Of a stretch of DNA of 64,000 nt, positions 49,842 through 59,533 are shown piece after piece (position 1 is the first letter of the stretch; each line of letters opens with the position of its first letter). Below the pieces are notes generated by a model. That model made no database searches and was not told the DNA's origin. It saw nothing but the letters and a program-made list of their open reading frames with translations. Location: the NCBI GenBank assembly GCA_029838195.1, contig JALGVJ010000001.1, positions 64,001 to 128,000 on the forward strand. Reading direction: 5' to 3'. The DNA is from Promethearchaeota archaeon (lineage in GTDB: Archaea; Asgardarchaeota; Lokiarchaeia; Sigyniarchaeales; SOKP01). The position numbers were made by a program, and so were the translations under genes.

Positions 49842-50843
49842 TTATTCTTTCAATTCAAGGATCGAACTAGATTTCAATCGTGGTTCCTTCTTCTTTTTTC
49901 TCATTCGATACATGATATAGATGAAAATAACGCCTATTAGCGGGATTCCAAATAAGAGAGCAATATTCAAGGCAATATCATGAGAATGCGTGCTGGTAAT
50001 TTGATAAATTACTGACCCATACACGTTTTTTACCGTAAAAGTTTCCTGCGTCCCCCGTTTTCCAAATGTGACTTCAATGAGCAAGATATCTTTTCCTAAT
50101 CTACGAAAAATCAATGTATTATCTTCCACCCTGACATTGGCGCTACATCTAAGAGCCTCTACTAAATTTGATAGATAGAGATTTGCCGGTTGAGGAATGA
50201 TCAATCCGTTTAGAACTAGATTCCATAAATATTCATCGGGAGTAAATCGGGGGAAGATTAAATTGAGAAATTTAATTAAAGGTTCACGGTTAATATCTGT
50301 TATTAAGTCATTGTAAGCCTCCAGAGCTTTAGCATGATCTGCGGGGTCCTTAAATATAGGCGTGGAATACCACGTGTAATTTGCCGTTTCATTAAAGGTG
50401 TCTTTCGTAAAAAACCATTTTGCTTGATAGACGTTCCATATTGCAAATTCCTCGTCATACGTCTCATTGATATATTCTTTATCATAATCCAAGCTTCCCA
50501 CAAGCGCCGCGAGGGCATAAGACGACTCTATACCGTAAATCATAGGTAAAAATTGTTGAAGAAATACATCATACATCCCCCATGTCCAATTAGTATAAAT
50601 CGCACGAGTCGTGACCTTGCTTTTTGCCCCGCTTTTATTACAATCCCCTTTAAACCAGTCTGTTACTGTCTTAGCCCATTTTTCTTCATCATAAGGCTGA
50701 ACTTCATAGGTTTGCGTTCCTTTAGGTATCGCAATCGAGTAAATCGAGCCTTGAGCAATCACCGGCTTGCTCATCCCTATTAAAATGAATAGCAATAAGA
50801 GGATACTTGCCATTTTTTCATTTTGAATTCGTATTTTTCTCAT
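49842..50843 (-). CDS. Secreted/surface protein with signal peptide and C-terminal TM anchor
   Basis: Start MRKIRIQ at 50843 with SD GGAGGAG; hydrophobic N-terminus; C-terminal TM plus RKKKK. Confidence 0.75.
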   Translation of the reverse strand: MRKIRIQNEKMASILLLLFILIGMSKPVIAQGSIYSIAIPKGTQTYEVQPYDEEKWAKTVTDWFKGDCNKSGAKSKVTTRAIYTNWTWGMYDVFLQQFLPMIYGIESSYALAALVGSLDYDKEYINETYDEEFAIWNVYQAKWFFTKDTFNETANYTWYSTPIFKDPADHAKALEAYNDLITDINREPLIKFLNLIFPRFTPDEYLWNLVLNGLIIPQPANLYLSNLVEALRCSANVRVEDNTLIFRRLGKDILLIEVTFGKRGTQETFTVKNVYGSVIYQITSTHSHDIALNIALLFGIPLIGVIFIYIMYRMRKKKKEPRLKSSSILELKE

Positions 50844-50863
50844 CTTTATTCTCCTCCTTTTCT

Positions 50864-51709
50864 CTATAATTGTCTCCTCGTAAATATGATTGAAGCTAAA
50901 ATTAAACAAACAAGTGTATAAAGAAGCATAACTTGAATGCCCATCTCGATTGTAGGAACAATCCATGTTCTAACCTTGAAGGTTCCAAAAGAAATTTCAA
51001 TGTATCTATCCTCAAGTTCTGTTGGAAAATGCACCTCTAACACGTATAGAATGAGATTACTCACGTAGGAAAGATCCCACACGGGTTCCATGTCAGGATT
51101 ATAAAGCACAATGATTTGGGTTATGATGCTGTAAACAATAAACAACAGAATGATGGTAATCACGATGGTTAAATTTACGTTAGGCATGAAAGAACTAAAG
51201 AAAGTCACGAAGGCACTCACTGCTAATAAATACAGAAATGCCATTAAAAATGAAAGATAATATCGGCTAATGATGGGCGTACCATAATAATATATTGCAA
51301 TCATTCCTAATAAAAAGTAATAAACACCGAGTACACCCGTTAACAGGGTTAAATTTCCGAAGTATTTCCCAATCACGAGTTTGTATTTATTGATTTTAGG
51401 AAACACGATATATCCTGTTTTATCGCTATATTCTGCGCAAATGATGCCGGCGTAGAAAAATGCCCCTCCGAAAATGATGAACCAATTCATGAATCCCAAC
51501 CCATTTTGAAGAAAATTGTATTGATAGGATGAAATTTCGTTTTCCGGAACAATCAAGTAAGGTATCAAGCTGGATAAAATCAATATAGCAATGATGACGA
51601 TCAAAAAGACTAAAAAATGCTTTTTGTGTTTTTTTAGCTCAAATACGTACGTGTGAACAATGGGTTTTACGATATAATAGGGTGATTTTAAAATGCTTTT
51701 CATGCTCAA
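50864..51709 (-). CDS. ABC-2 type exporter permease
   Basis: About 6 TM, ICAEYSDKTG..PKINKYKLVIGKY. Confidence 0.88.
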   Translation of the reverse strand: MSMKSILKSPYYIVKPIVHTYVFELKKHKKHFLVFLIVIIAILILSSLIPYLIVPENEISSYQYNFLQNGLGFMNWFIIFGGAFFYAGIICAEYSDKTGYIVFPKINKYKLVIGKYFGNLTLLTGVLGVYYFLLGMIAIYYYGTPIISRYYLSFLMAFLYLLAVSAFVTFFSSFMPNVNLTIVITIILLFIVYSIITQIIVLYNPDMEPVWDLSYVSNLILYVLEVHFPTELEDRYIEISFGTFKVRTWIVPTIEMGIQVMLLYTLVCLILASIIFTRRQL

Positions 51710-51715
51710 TTCATT

Positions 51716-52753
51716 TCACCTTTTTTTTTCATTTTCAAATCTTTCATCATCTTCTTTTATCATTTGGGAGTAGATTCCTTCTAATTGAGAGGTTCTTGGT
51801 CTTGTAAAGGACACTACTGAGAAATCCGATTCAAACTCATTAATTAAAATTTTTAATATTTCAGCCCTGACGTTTTTAGACCCTTCATAATAGATCTTAA
51901 ACACTTGTTCATTCGGCATATATTTTATGGGAATTTTCGAAACTTTAGGATCTAAATCCTTATCTAAATAAGGCTCTAAAGCCACTGTTAGCCGTTTAAT
52001 GATATTTCCAAGAAGTTCTGGTGGTATGGGTTCTAATATTTCACAATCAATTTCTTTTCGTTTAAGGGTCTTTTCTAAATTATCAATAGTATCAAAAGCA
52101 ATTATTTTCCCGCGATTAATGAGAGCTATTTTATTACATACTTCTGAAATCTCATATAATAAGTGAGATGCGACAAAGATGGTTTTTCCTTGATCCTGAA
52201 GGTATCTAATGAGTTGACGGATTTCAATTCGGGCGTTAGGATCGAGACCTGTTTGAGGCTCATCTAAAATTATGAAAGATGGGTCATGAATGATTGCTTG
52301 AGCAATTCCTAATTTTTGTTTCATTCCTTTGGAAAATTTACTAACTTTTTCATGTTTCCATTTGGTTAATTTAAACAAAAACAAGAGTTCATTAATACGC
52401 TCATCGATTTTGTTTCTAGGATAATTTCGAAGTAAAGCAAAATATCTAAGTAAATCATTAGCTGACATGTCATAAAAAGCAGGAATGTCAATTAAGAAAC
52501 CCATCTCGATGAGATTTCGAGCATTCCAATGCAAATCTTGCAACTCGCCTTGCTTATTTTTCAATAAAATTTTTCCTGAAGTAGGACGTAGTAGTTTAGC
52601 AATCATTTTAATCGTGGTAGTCTTGCCTGCACCGTTAGGGCCTACCAGACCAATGACTTCTCCTTCAAGAACCTCCAAATCAATGTTATCAACAGCCCGC
52701 AAGGCACCAAAATTTTTGGTAAGGTTTTCTAATTTTATTACGGGTACCGTCAT
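51716..52753 (-). CDS. ABC transporter ATP-binding protein
   Basis: GPNGAGKTT, FSKGMKQ, LDEP, SH. Confidence 0.96.
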   Translation of the reverse strand: MTVPVIKLENLTKNFGALRAVDNIDLEVLEGEVIGLVGPNGAGKTTTIKMIAKLLRPTSGKILLKNKQGELQDLHWNARNLIEMGFLIDIPAFYDMSANDLLRYFALLRNYPRNKIDERINELLFLFKLTKWKHEKVSKFSKGMKQKLGIAQAIIHDPSFIILDEPQTGLDPNARIEIRQLIRYLQDQGKTIFVASHLLYEISEVCNKIALINRGKIIAFDTIDNLEKTLKRKEIDCEILEPIPPELLGNIIKRLTVALEPYLDKDLDPKVSKIPIKYMPNEQVFKIYYEGSKNVRAEILKILINEFESDFSVVSFTRPRTSQLEGIYSQMIKEDDERFENEKKR

Positions 52754-53550
52754 TGTTCTTGTTCATCCAAAATTAAATTCGTTGTTATATCAAGTTGAAG
52801 TTCAGTTCACATTTTTTAAAATCATGGGAGGCCAATTTTTATTATCTCTTATAAAAATCATCATAGAAATAAATCTTTCTTTTCTTGGGATTTCTACTCT
52901 ATGAGTTAAAAAAATATCTGTTAACAAGAAGAATAAAAGTTTCTTCTGATTTAAATATGCCGAAATTAAAGAATGAATGCAATGAAAAAAAAAGATTTCA
53001 AGATCGCATGTAACTTTCCAGAAAATATTAAGAATTAATAGAGAAGGGAATAGTTTCCAACAATGAAATGAAATACTACAATCGCAATTTTTCACGGGCT
53101 CACTTTCATGAAATTAATCCTTGAATTCTCTTGTGTTCTCTTTTAGCGTCCACGTGATGGAGATTTAAATTCAGCCCTTTTTTAAAACACTTTATTGCTC
53201 TTTAAAATTTGAGGTATTATCGTTCTGAACGCCGAGTTGCGTGTCCATTCGGAAATGCTCTTGGCATTAATTTTTTGGCTCATTATTAGCACTCTTATAA
53301 TTTCATTTTTAATTTTTAATAGAAAATAAAAGTTATAAAATTAAGATCTTGAAATGGAAAATTTATCTTTCTCAAGATTGTAATAATTTCTCCCAATTTT
53401 TTATAGTTTTTTAATAAGAGCAAAACAACATGTTCTTAAATAAAATTATACATTAATTGAAATTTCTGAAGGAGGGAAAACATACCTCTTTATTCACGAA
53501 GAACTTTATTAAATTGTGAATACAATAAATAATTAAAGATTAATGAGAAG

Positions 53551-54399
53551 TTGATGGAATTAATGAATTCCCCTCAGAAATTAAATATTCTCGTAATTAT
53601 GGCCCATCACGATGATGCTGCATTTGCGTGTGGCGGGACTTTAGCTAAATGGGCAGAACAAGGGTATGATATTTACATGATAAGTGTCACGAGTAGCGAT
53701 ATTGGAACTTTACGCTCAGATATCCCGAGTGAAGAGTTAAGAGAAATTTGCGAAAAAGAGCTTCTTGCGGCTAATGAAATTATTGGCATAAAAGAGACAA
53801 TTTTTCTCAGATATCCCGATGGGGGCTTCATAGACGGCGCAAAACTTCGAGAGCAATTAATTTTTTATGTGAGAAAGTTAAAAGCCGATAGGATTGTCAC
53901 GTTAGACCCGTGGCAGCCTTATGAAGTCCATCCTGATCACGTGATCGTGGGAAAAATGGCAGCAGAAGCAGGAGCTTTTTCCGCTTTCCCATTATTACAT
54001 CAAAAACACCTTAATAAGGGATTAATCCCTCAAGAATGCTCAGAAGTATGGTTCATGGGAACCCTTGGACATGCTCCAAATTGCTATGTTGATATTTCTT
54101 CCACTCTCGAAAAAAAAGTTTCCCATATTTTACAATTTGAATCGACCTTTACACTTCTTTCTGAGCTATTTGCTCCCGATATTGATCCGAGAAATGTAGG
54201 TTCAATTGAATTAAAGCAACTCAAAAAACTGGCACGTAGACTGCTCAATTCCTTGGCATTGACATTCGGTAAAAAAGTGAATTTAAAAGCAGCGGAAGCC
54301 TTCTATGTTCAAAAAACTCTTCCGGGACATTTTGATAATTTCATTCAAATGACGCAAGAAATGTTAGGAAACACGCCTGAACCTCCTAAAATCTGTTAA
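53551..54399 (+). CDS. PIG-L/LmbE family N-deacetylase
   Basis: AHHDD, HPDH, YVDIS. Confidence 0.9.
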   Translation: MMELMNSPQKLNILVIMAHHDDAAFACGGTLAKWAEQGYDIYMISVTSSDIGTLRSDIPSEELREICEKELLAANEIIGIKETIFLRYPDGGFIDGAKLREQLIFYVRKLKADRIVTLDPWQPYEVHPDHVIVGKMAAEAGAFSAFPLLHQKHLNKGLIPQECSEVWFMGTLGHAPNCYVDISSTLEKKVSHILQFESTFTLLSELFAPDIDPRNVGSIELKQLKKLARRLLNSLALTFGKKVNLKAAEAFYVQKTLPGHFDNFIQMTQEMLGNTPEPPKIC

Positions 54400-54488
54400 A
54401 GAACTTTTTAAACACGCAACAAATAGCACGTGCTTTTTTGATAACAAGGCATGAATAAAATTAAAAAAAAAGATTGATTATCTATTAT

Positions 54489-54591
54489 TGGAGTGCTTTA
54501 AATTAGGTGCTTGGATCTTTCGCTATTCATTTGCATCTCACCCTTAGAAAAAATGAATCCGCGATTCATCATCAAATACTAAAGCACTCCA
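54489..54591. ncRNA. Multi-stem structured element (ncRNA or MITE candidate)
   Basis: Perfect 12-bp terminal IR TGGAGTGCTTTA/TAAAGCACTCCA enclosing two hairpins. Confidence 0.45.
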
Positions 54592-54738
54592 CTTTTATTC
54601 ATTATATCTCCTCAATATTTGATTCTTCTGCTGATTGCACGCCTCAGCATTCGTTATTCAGCTCTTTTTTCTGTATTCTCATTGTATTGCCATTCTTCGA
54701 ATTTACTAGATTAGAAAATGAGAATCCCCTTGAAAATA

Positions 54739-55263
54739 CTAAGATTCATCGGAGGTCACGTCAATTTTTTTGGGAGGTTTTTTATCAATCTTTATTTTCA
54801 GCAGTCCATTTTTCAAAACGGATTTAATCGATTCAGGATTTGCATCAGCCGGCAAGGGTATATCTACATTAATGGGTCTTTCCCAGAAATCCATGAATCC
54901 TCTGAAAGAGCATGGAATTTTTCCTTGTTCTCTATTTTTCTGCTCCTCCCCTCCATTTTTGGGTAGCTTTGAAGCCGTGATGTTTATATTCCCGTTAATT
55001 AAGGATACTTGGACATCCTCTTTTGTAAAACCTGGCAAGGGCACCTTTATGACATAATATCCTTCAGCTTCTTCAATTTCATGCGGAATCCATCCTTCGA
55101 ACCGTTCCATGCAATCTTTTACGTGAAATATTAAACCTCCAATCATTTTAGGTATTTCTTTTCCAAAAATATGGAAAAAAGGCGGCGGTGGTGGTGGCGA
55201 ATGATGATAAGGCCACTTAAACCCGTACTTTACTCTTGAATGCGAGCCTGGTTCGCAACACAT
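54739..55263 (-). CDS. Hsp20 small heat-shock protein
   Basis: LPGFTKEDVQV, LPADANPESIKSVLKNGLLKI, C-terminal IDV. Confidence 0.92.
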   Translation of the reverse strand: MCCEPGSHSRVKYGFKWPYHHSPPPPPPFFHIFGKEIPKMIGGLIFHVKDCMERFEGWIPHEIEEAEGYYVIKVPLPGFTKEDVQVSLINGNINITASKLPKNGGEEQKNREQGKIPCSFRGFMDFWERPINVDIPLPADANPESIKSVLKNGLLKIKIDKKPPKKIDVTSDES

Positions 55264-55355
55264 TTTGTATTACATCTCTCTTTTTTCTAATTTTTTTTAT
55301 TTATTTTATTTAAATCCTTAATTTTGTTAAATCTATTATTTAATTTTTTTAATTT

Positions 55356-55967
55356 TTAAAAATTCTCAAATTCCTCATCGTCATCTACTATTTCAATATT
55401 TTTTGCATTTTTATGCCGTTCTGCTATTAATAGATCTCTGAGGCGTTCATGTTCTTCAATTTGATTTTCAATATATTCCTCCTGCTTTTTCATTCGTTTT
55501 AAGTGATTTCTAAGTTCTCTTATTCGATTTTCCACTTTTTTGATATTTTCTAACGAACAATCTGAAGCGTCAATCTTATCAAGTCTAAAAGGCGGTTTGG
55601 GGAAAGGGAAAAAGGCAATCATTTGATTGAAAAATTGGTCCTCAGGAACAGACGCCTTGACTATGGTTTTGATGTAATCGCCTAATGTTTGTAAACTAAT
55701 TTCAAGATTATTTTCAAGTATGTTTTTTAATTCTTCCTTTCCCTTAATAGTTATATTAAATAACTTCTTTTGCCGCCCTCCTTCCGTGATCTCTTTACTT
55801 GCGATAAATCCTCTCTCTTCTAACCGGTTTAATAGAGGATAAATCGTACCTGCCGACGCTTTCCAGAGATCCTTGAATTTATTATTGATCTCTTGAATTA
55901 AATCATAGCCCGTGATATCCGAACTAGTTTTTATCATGGAAAGAACTAGCACTTCCAAGCCTGACAT
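55356..55967 (-). CDS. PadR-family transcriptional regulator (possibly starting at ACG 56009)
   Basis: GYDLIQEI..WKASAGTIYPLLNRLEERG..ITIKG. Confidence 0.93.
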   Translation of the reverse strand: MSGLEVLVLSMIKTSSDITGYDLIQEINNKFKDLWKASAGTIYPLLNRLEERGFIASKEITEGGRQKKLFNITIKGKEELKNILENNLEISLQTLGDYIKTIVKASVPEDQFFNQMIAFFPFPKPPFRLDKIDASDCSLENIKKVENRIRELRNHLKRMKKQEEYIENQIEEHERLRDLLIAERHKNAKNIEIVDDDEEFENF

Positions 55968-56045
55968 TTTTACATTGCGATATCCCGTGAATTTTTTTCC
56001 AAAGAACGTCTTTATTCACCGCTTCTCTTAATTTTTGATGGTGTC

Positions 56046-56137
56046 TATTCGATTCATGATATTTCAATATATCGAAAATCGAATAGCCACGTGATTATAT
56101 AGGAATTATCATATTTAAATATATCGAAAATCGAATA
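56046..56137. promoter_or_regulatory. Repeated operator sites upstream of padR-hsp20
   Basis: AATATATCGAAAATCGAATA at 56066-56085 and 56118-56137, inverted partial copy at 56046-56062. Confidence 0.7.
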
Positions 56138-56303
56138 AAAAAAAATCCATGAGATCAGTCAGAAATCTTTTAACTATATTATAAATGATGTTCTTTCAAA
56201 ACGATACAAAAACTCTTTTGCACTTCATGATGAATTATTTAGAATCGTTAAATAATGGAAAAAAAACTTAAATTTTTTATACATGTATTTTTAAGATTTA
56301 TTT

Positions 56304-57059
56304 ATGGTAGATCCGGTTTTTATTGGAATGGTTTACGAATTGATCATAATCATTATCGGGGCTCTTTTAGTAATCCTCATTCTGAACCGTTATTTCGTAA
56401 AAAGACATGTTTTAACACTTTATTTAGTATTTATTTTTCTTTTCATGCTCATTTCCATTGTTTTCTCATGGCTTTCTAAAATTATCGTGTTGACTACGGA
56501 ACTTGATTACGTATATAATGAACCCATCCCAAATGTAAATCCTGACGTTCCATTCCCGTGGCTCCTTACCCGAATCGTGGATTTTAGAATAAGCATATTT
56601 TTCGTGGCATTAGGCGTTTTCCTTTCTTATATATTAAGAGTAAAGGTATTTGAAAAAGGATATAATTCGCTTGAGCGGGCAATTATTATTATTTTTGGAA
56701 TCTATACCTTATTTTTCACGCTCTTTATCTACGTGAGAGGTAACACCCTCTTAGACGCCATCAATTTTTTCAATATCTTGCTTTACATGTTCATGGTGTA
56801 TTTACCGTTCACGATAAATTCATTAAAAGCCTATAAAGCAGTAGAGGAACCCGGATTTAAAAGAGCTTTTGCCTCTTTAGCTTTCATGTCCGTCTCTTTC
56901 ATATTAGTACTCATTAACGTATTAATCGATAGAATTACCATTCTTTTAGGATCAAGCGGATTTACTGCCTTCTATTTCGCTGCCTGGGCATTTGTAATTA
57001 TTGGATTTACAGGAGCATATCTAGGATACATTCGCCCTTCAAGCCCTAAAAAAAGCTAA
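56304..57059 (+). CDS. Stand-alone 7-TM membrane protein
   Basis: About 7 TM, same layout as 18844..19590. Confidence 0.75.
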   Translation: MVDPVFIGMVYELIIIIIGALLVILILNRYFVKRHVLTLYLVFIFLFMLISIVFSWLSKIIVLTTELDYVYNEPIPNVNPDVPFPWLLTRIVDFRISIFFVALGVFLSYILRVKVFEKGYNSLERAIIIIFGIYTLFFTLFIYVRGNTLLDAINFFNILLYMFMVYLPFTINSLKAYKAVEEPGFKRAFASLAFMSVSFILVLINVLIDRITILLGSSGFTAFYFAAWAFVIIGFTGAYLGYIRPSSPKKS

Positions 57060-57334
57060 TACACGTGATATGATTCAACAAAAATTAAAAGCATGAAATT
57101 AATCAATTAAATTCATTTATTCTTTTTTTCCAAATTTTATTCCATCTTTACATGAAATAAATCAAAAATAAAGGTTCGTGAGTAAAAATTCAATTCTATT
57201 TTTTAATAATTTTTAATAAACCATGTTTAAACAATTTAAACATCAGTTTTTTGGCAGTTTTTCTAAAAAAATAAATTTTTTTAAGAAAAAATATTATTAA
57301 TATTACAAAAATCATGTAGATATACATAGTCAAT

Positions 57335-57745
57335 ATGATTCAACGCATCTTGATTTGCGACTCGCGTGGTTACCCTTTTTATTCTCGTAAAATTGATAAT
57401 AATTTACCTGAAATAGATAAAATCCTATTAAGTGGATTCATATCTTCGATAGGTACCCTTGGGAGTGAACTATTTAATAAAAAAGTAGCTTCTATCACGT
57501 TTGGAGAAGATTTTGATAAATCTCACGTCTACGTGGTCACTCGGGAATTCTTAAGTGAGAAGAAAACGATTTATTTCGTGTTTTTCATGAAAGGGGAATG
57601 CAATACAAAGCTTGCCAAGGAAATTTCTACGACAATATTTATAGAAAGCAAAAATGAACTCAAGAAAACGGATGCGAATATAAGGATTGATAAAAAAATA
57701 GATACTATTATAGATAATCGATTTAATGGATTAAAAAACTTGTAA
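57335..57745 (+). CDS. Longin-like domain protein
   Basis: MIQRILICDSRGYPFYSR..LLSGFISSI..ELF pattern typical of longin/sigma-adaptin folds. Confidence 0.7.
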   Translation: MIQRILICDSRGYPFYSRKIDNNLPEIDKILLSGFISSIGTLGSELFNKKVASITFGEDFDKSHVYVVTREFLSEKKTIYFVFFMKGECNTKLAKEISTTIFIESKNELKKTDANIRIDKKIDTIIDNRFNGLKNL

Positions 57746-57876
57746 AACATCACAATTCTCTCATTTTTTTATCTTGTTTACAAGATAAAACTTTCTTTTT
57801 CTTAAAAATATTTAATGTTCATTTCATTTAGATTATAAAATAAGATTAAAAAAAAAAGTACAATGGAGTTAAGTTC

Positions 57877-58986
57877 ATGAGCTTAAATATTGGCGTGATA
57901 GGGGCGGGTTCTATTGGAACGGTGCATTTAGGGTGCTTGAAAAAAATCATCGATGAGGGAATCTTTTCTAAATACGGGAAAAAAATTAGAATAAGAGGAG
58001 TTTCAGATATAAATGAAGAAAAATTGAATCTTTTAAAGCAAAAAAATCCCTTTAACATTGATATGTTTACTACAAATCCAGAGGATTTAATTAATGCTCC
58101 TGACATTGATGTTATCTATATTGCAGTTCCTACCAAATTTCATGAAGAATTATATGTCAAGGCAGCGGAACAGGAAAAACATGTTTTCTGCGAAAAACCT
58201 CTTGCCTTTACTACTGGTGAAATCGAAAACATGATTAAAATTGAAAAGAAAAATGGAATATTTACTCAGGTCGGATTAGTTTTACGGCATTGCCCTGTTT
58301 TTCTAAAAATGAAACAAGAACTAAAAGAAAACCAAGAAATTTTAGGAAAGGAGTTGGCATTTATTTTTCGTGATATTCAAGAGTGGCCCGTAGGGTCAAG
58401 AATGCATCCCTCTATTTGGAGAAAAGACCCTGCTCTTGCCCATGCGGGCTGTTTATTTGAACATAGCATACATGACGTGGATTTATTAGAATTCTTATTT
58501 GGGGATTCGAGAAAACTTTCCAAAATACATGCCCTAATTCGATATATCTCTCCGCTTACTAAAGGTAGCTTAGAAGATGTGTCAATCATAGATTTAGAAT
58601 ATTCTGATGGTTTATCAGGAAATTTAACGAGTATTTGGAATCATGCCAGAATAGACGAGAGAAGGGTTGAGATTTATCACGAAAATGGGTACATGATACT
58701 TGATGGGTATACGGGATTTGGATTTAATGATTTTTCCTTTTTAATTAAGAGAAAGAAGCACAAGTTAAATTACGAGAAAATAACTAAAGATTATCTACAT
58801 GATAAAGGCTATACCCTTTCGAGTTTGGGACTAGGTCCCTATTTATATGAAAACATGAGTTTTTTAGAATCTATCCTTTTAGAAAAAAGGCCCTATCCCG
58901 GATTAGATATTGGTCTTCGAGCCCATCAAATCATAGAAGCAGCCTATAACTCATCCAAAATGAAGAATATCATTTCTTTTTCTTAA
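57877..58986 (+). CDS. Gfo/Idh/MocA oxidoreductase
   Basis: GVIGAGSIG, CEKP, EHSIHDVD. Confidence 0.92.
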   Translation: MSLNIGVIGAGSIGTVHLGCLKKIIDEGIFSKYGKKIRIRGVSDINEEKLNLLKQKNPFNIDMFTTNPEDLINAPDIDVIYIAVPTKFHEELYVKAAEQEKHVFCEKPLAFTTGEIENMIKIEKKNGIFTQVGLVLRHCPVFLKMKQELKENQEILGKELAFIFRDIQEWPVGSRMHPSIWRKDPALAHAGCLFEHSIHDVDLLEFLFGDSRKLSKIHALIRYISPLTKGSLEDVSIIDLEYSDGLSGNLTSIWNHARIDERRVEIYHENGYMILDGYTGFGFNDFSFLIKRKKHKLNYEKITKDYLHDKGYTLSSLGLGPYLYENMSFLESILLEKRPYPGLDIGLRAHQIIEAAYNSSKMKNIISFS

Positions 58987-59073
58987 GCTTTTTTTTTAAA
59001 TAATTTCTTTAAAAAGAGAGGGATCGCGATTCAATGAGGATAGTAAAAATCCCTGCGTTCTTCCTCTATCTTT

Positions 59074-59370
59074 TTATTCTTCGTGGAAAAAGTTAATGGT
59101 CCGATTAACTTTGAATTCTTTATTTTGGATCTTTTTCTTGAGCTGCTTGACACCCTCATCATTTTCTATTAAATCCAACACGCTATTATGAAGGATTAAT
59201 AGATTATCCATCACTAAATCCGAAAAGAAATTTTCTTTGGAGAGAGTGATGTCAATGATATCATGGATGCCTTTTAAGCATTCTTTAATGAGATTATAAT
59301 TTTGTATGGCTTTATCTAAATTATTCGTATTCTTTTCTTCTAAACTGAAAATATCATATATTCTCATCAA
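59074..59370 (-). CDS. Hypothetical helical protein
   Basis: 98-aa ORF, no motif recognised. Confidence 0.55.
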   Translation of the reverse strand: MMRIYDIFSLEEKNTNNLDKAIQNYNLIKECLKGIHDIIDITLSKENFFSDLVMDNLLILHNSVLDLIENDEGVKQLKKKIQNKEFKVNRTINFFHEE

Positions 59371-59533
59371 TTGAATAAAAAAATAAATTTCTATTAAACC
59401 ATGGGATAATAACCTAATTTTGTTGCTTTATAACGAACTTATAGATAATAATTTCGGGAAGTAAAACAATAATTTTTTAAAAGATAGGTTTTAATATACT
59501 TTCGTTCCAAAATAAATAATTCTTGTACATGAA

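Noticed and set aside
52802-53095. 97-aa ORF, and similarly 54507..54827
   Set aside because: Low-complexity F/I/S-rich translations with no SD or motifs; probably non-coding
54489-54591. tRNA-Sec or hammerhead ribozyme
   Set aside because: Ends in CCA but has no T-loop or anticodon arm; UGAUGA plus stem on the minus strand is not followed by GAAA
56059-56137. CRISPR mini-array
   Set aside because: Only two direct copies, located in a promoter, with no cas genes; an operator is more likely
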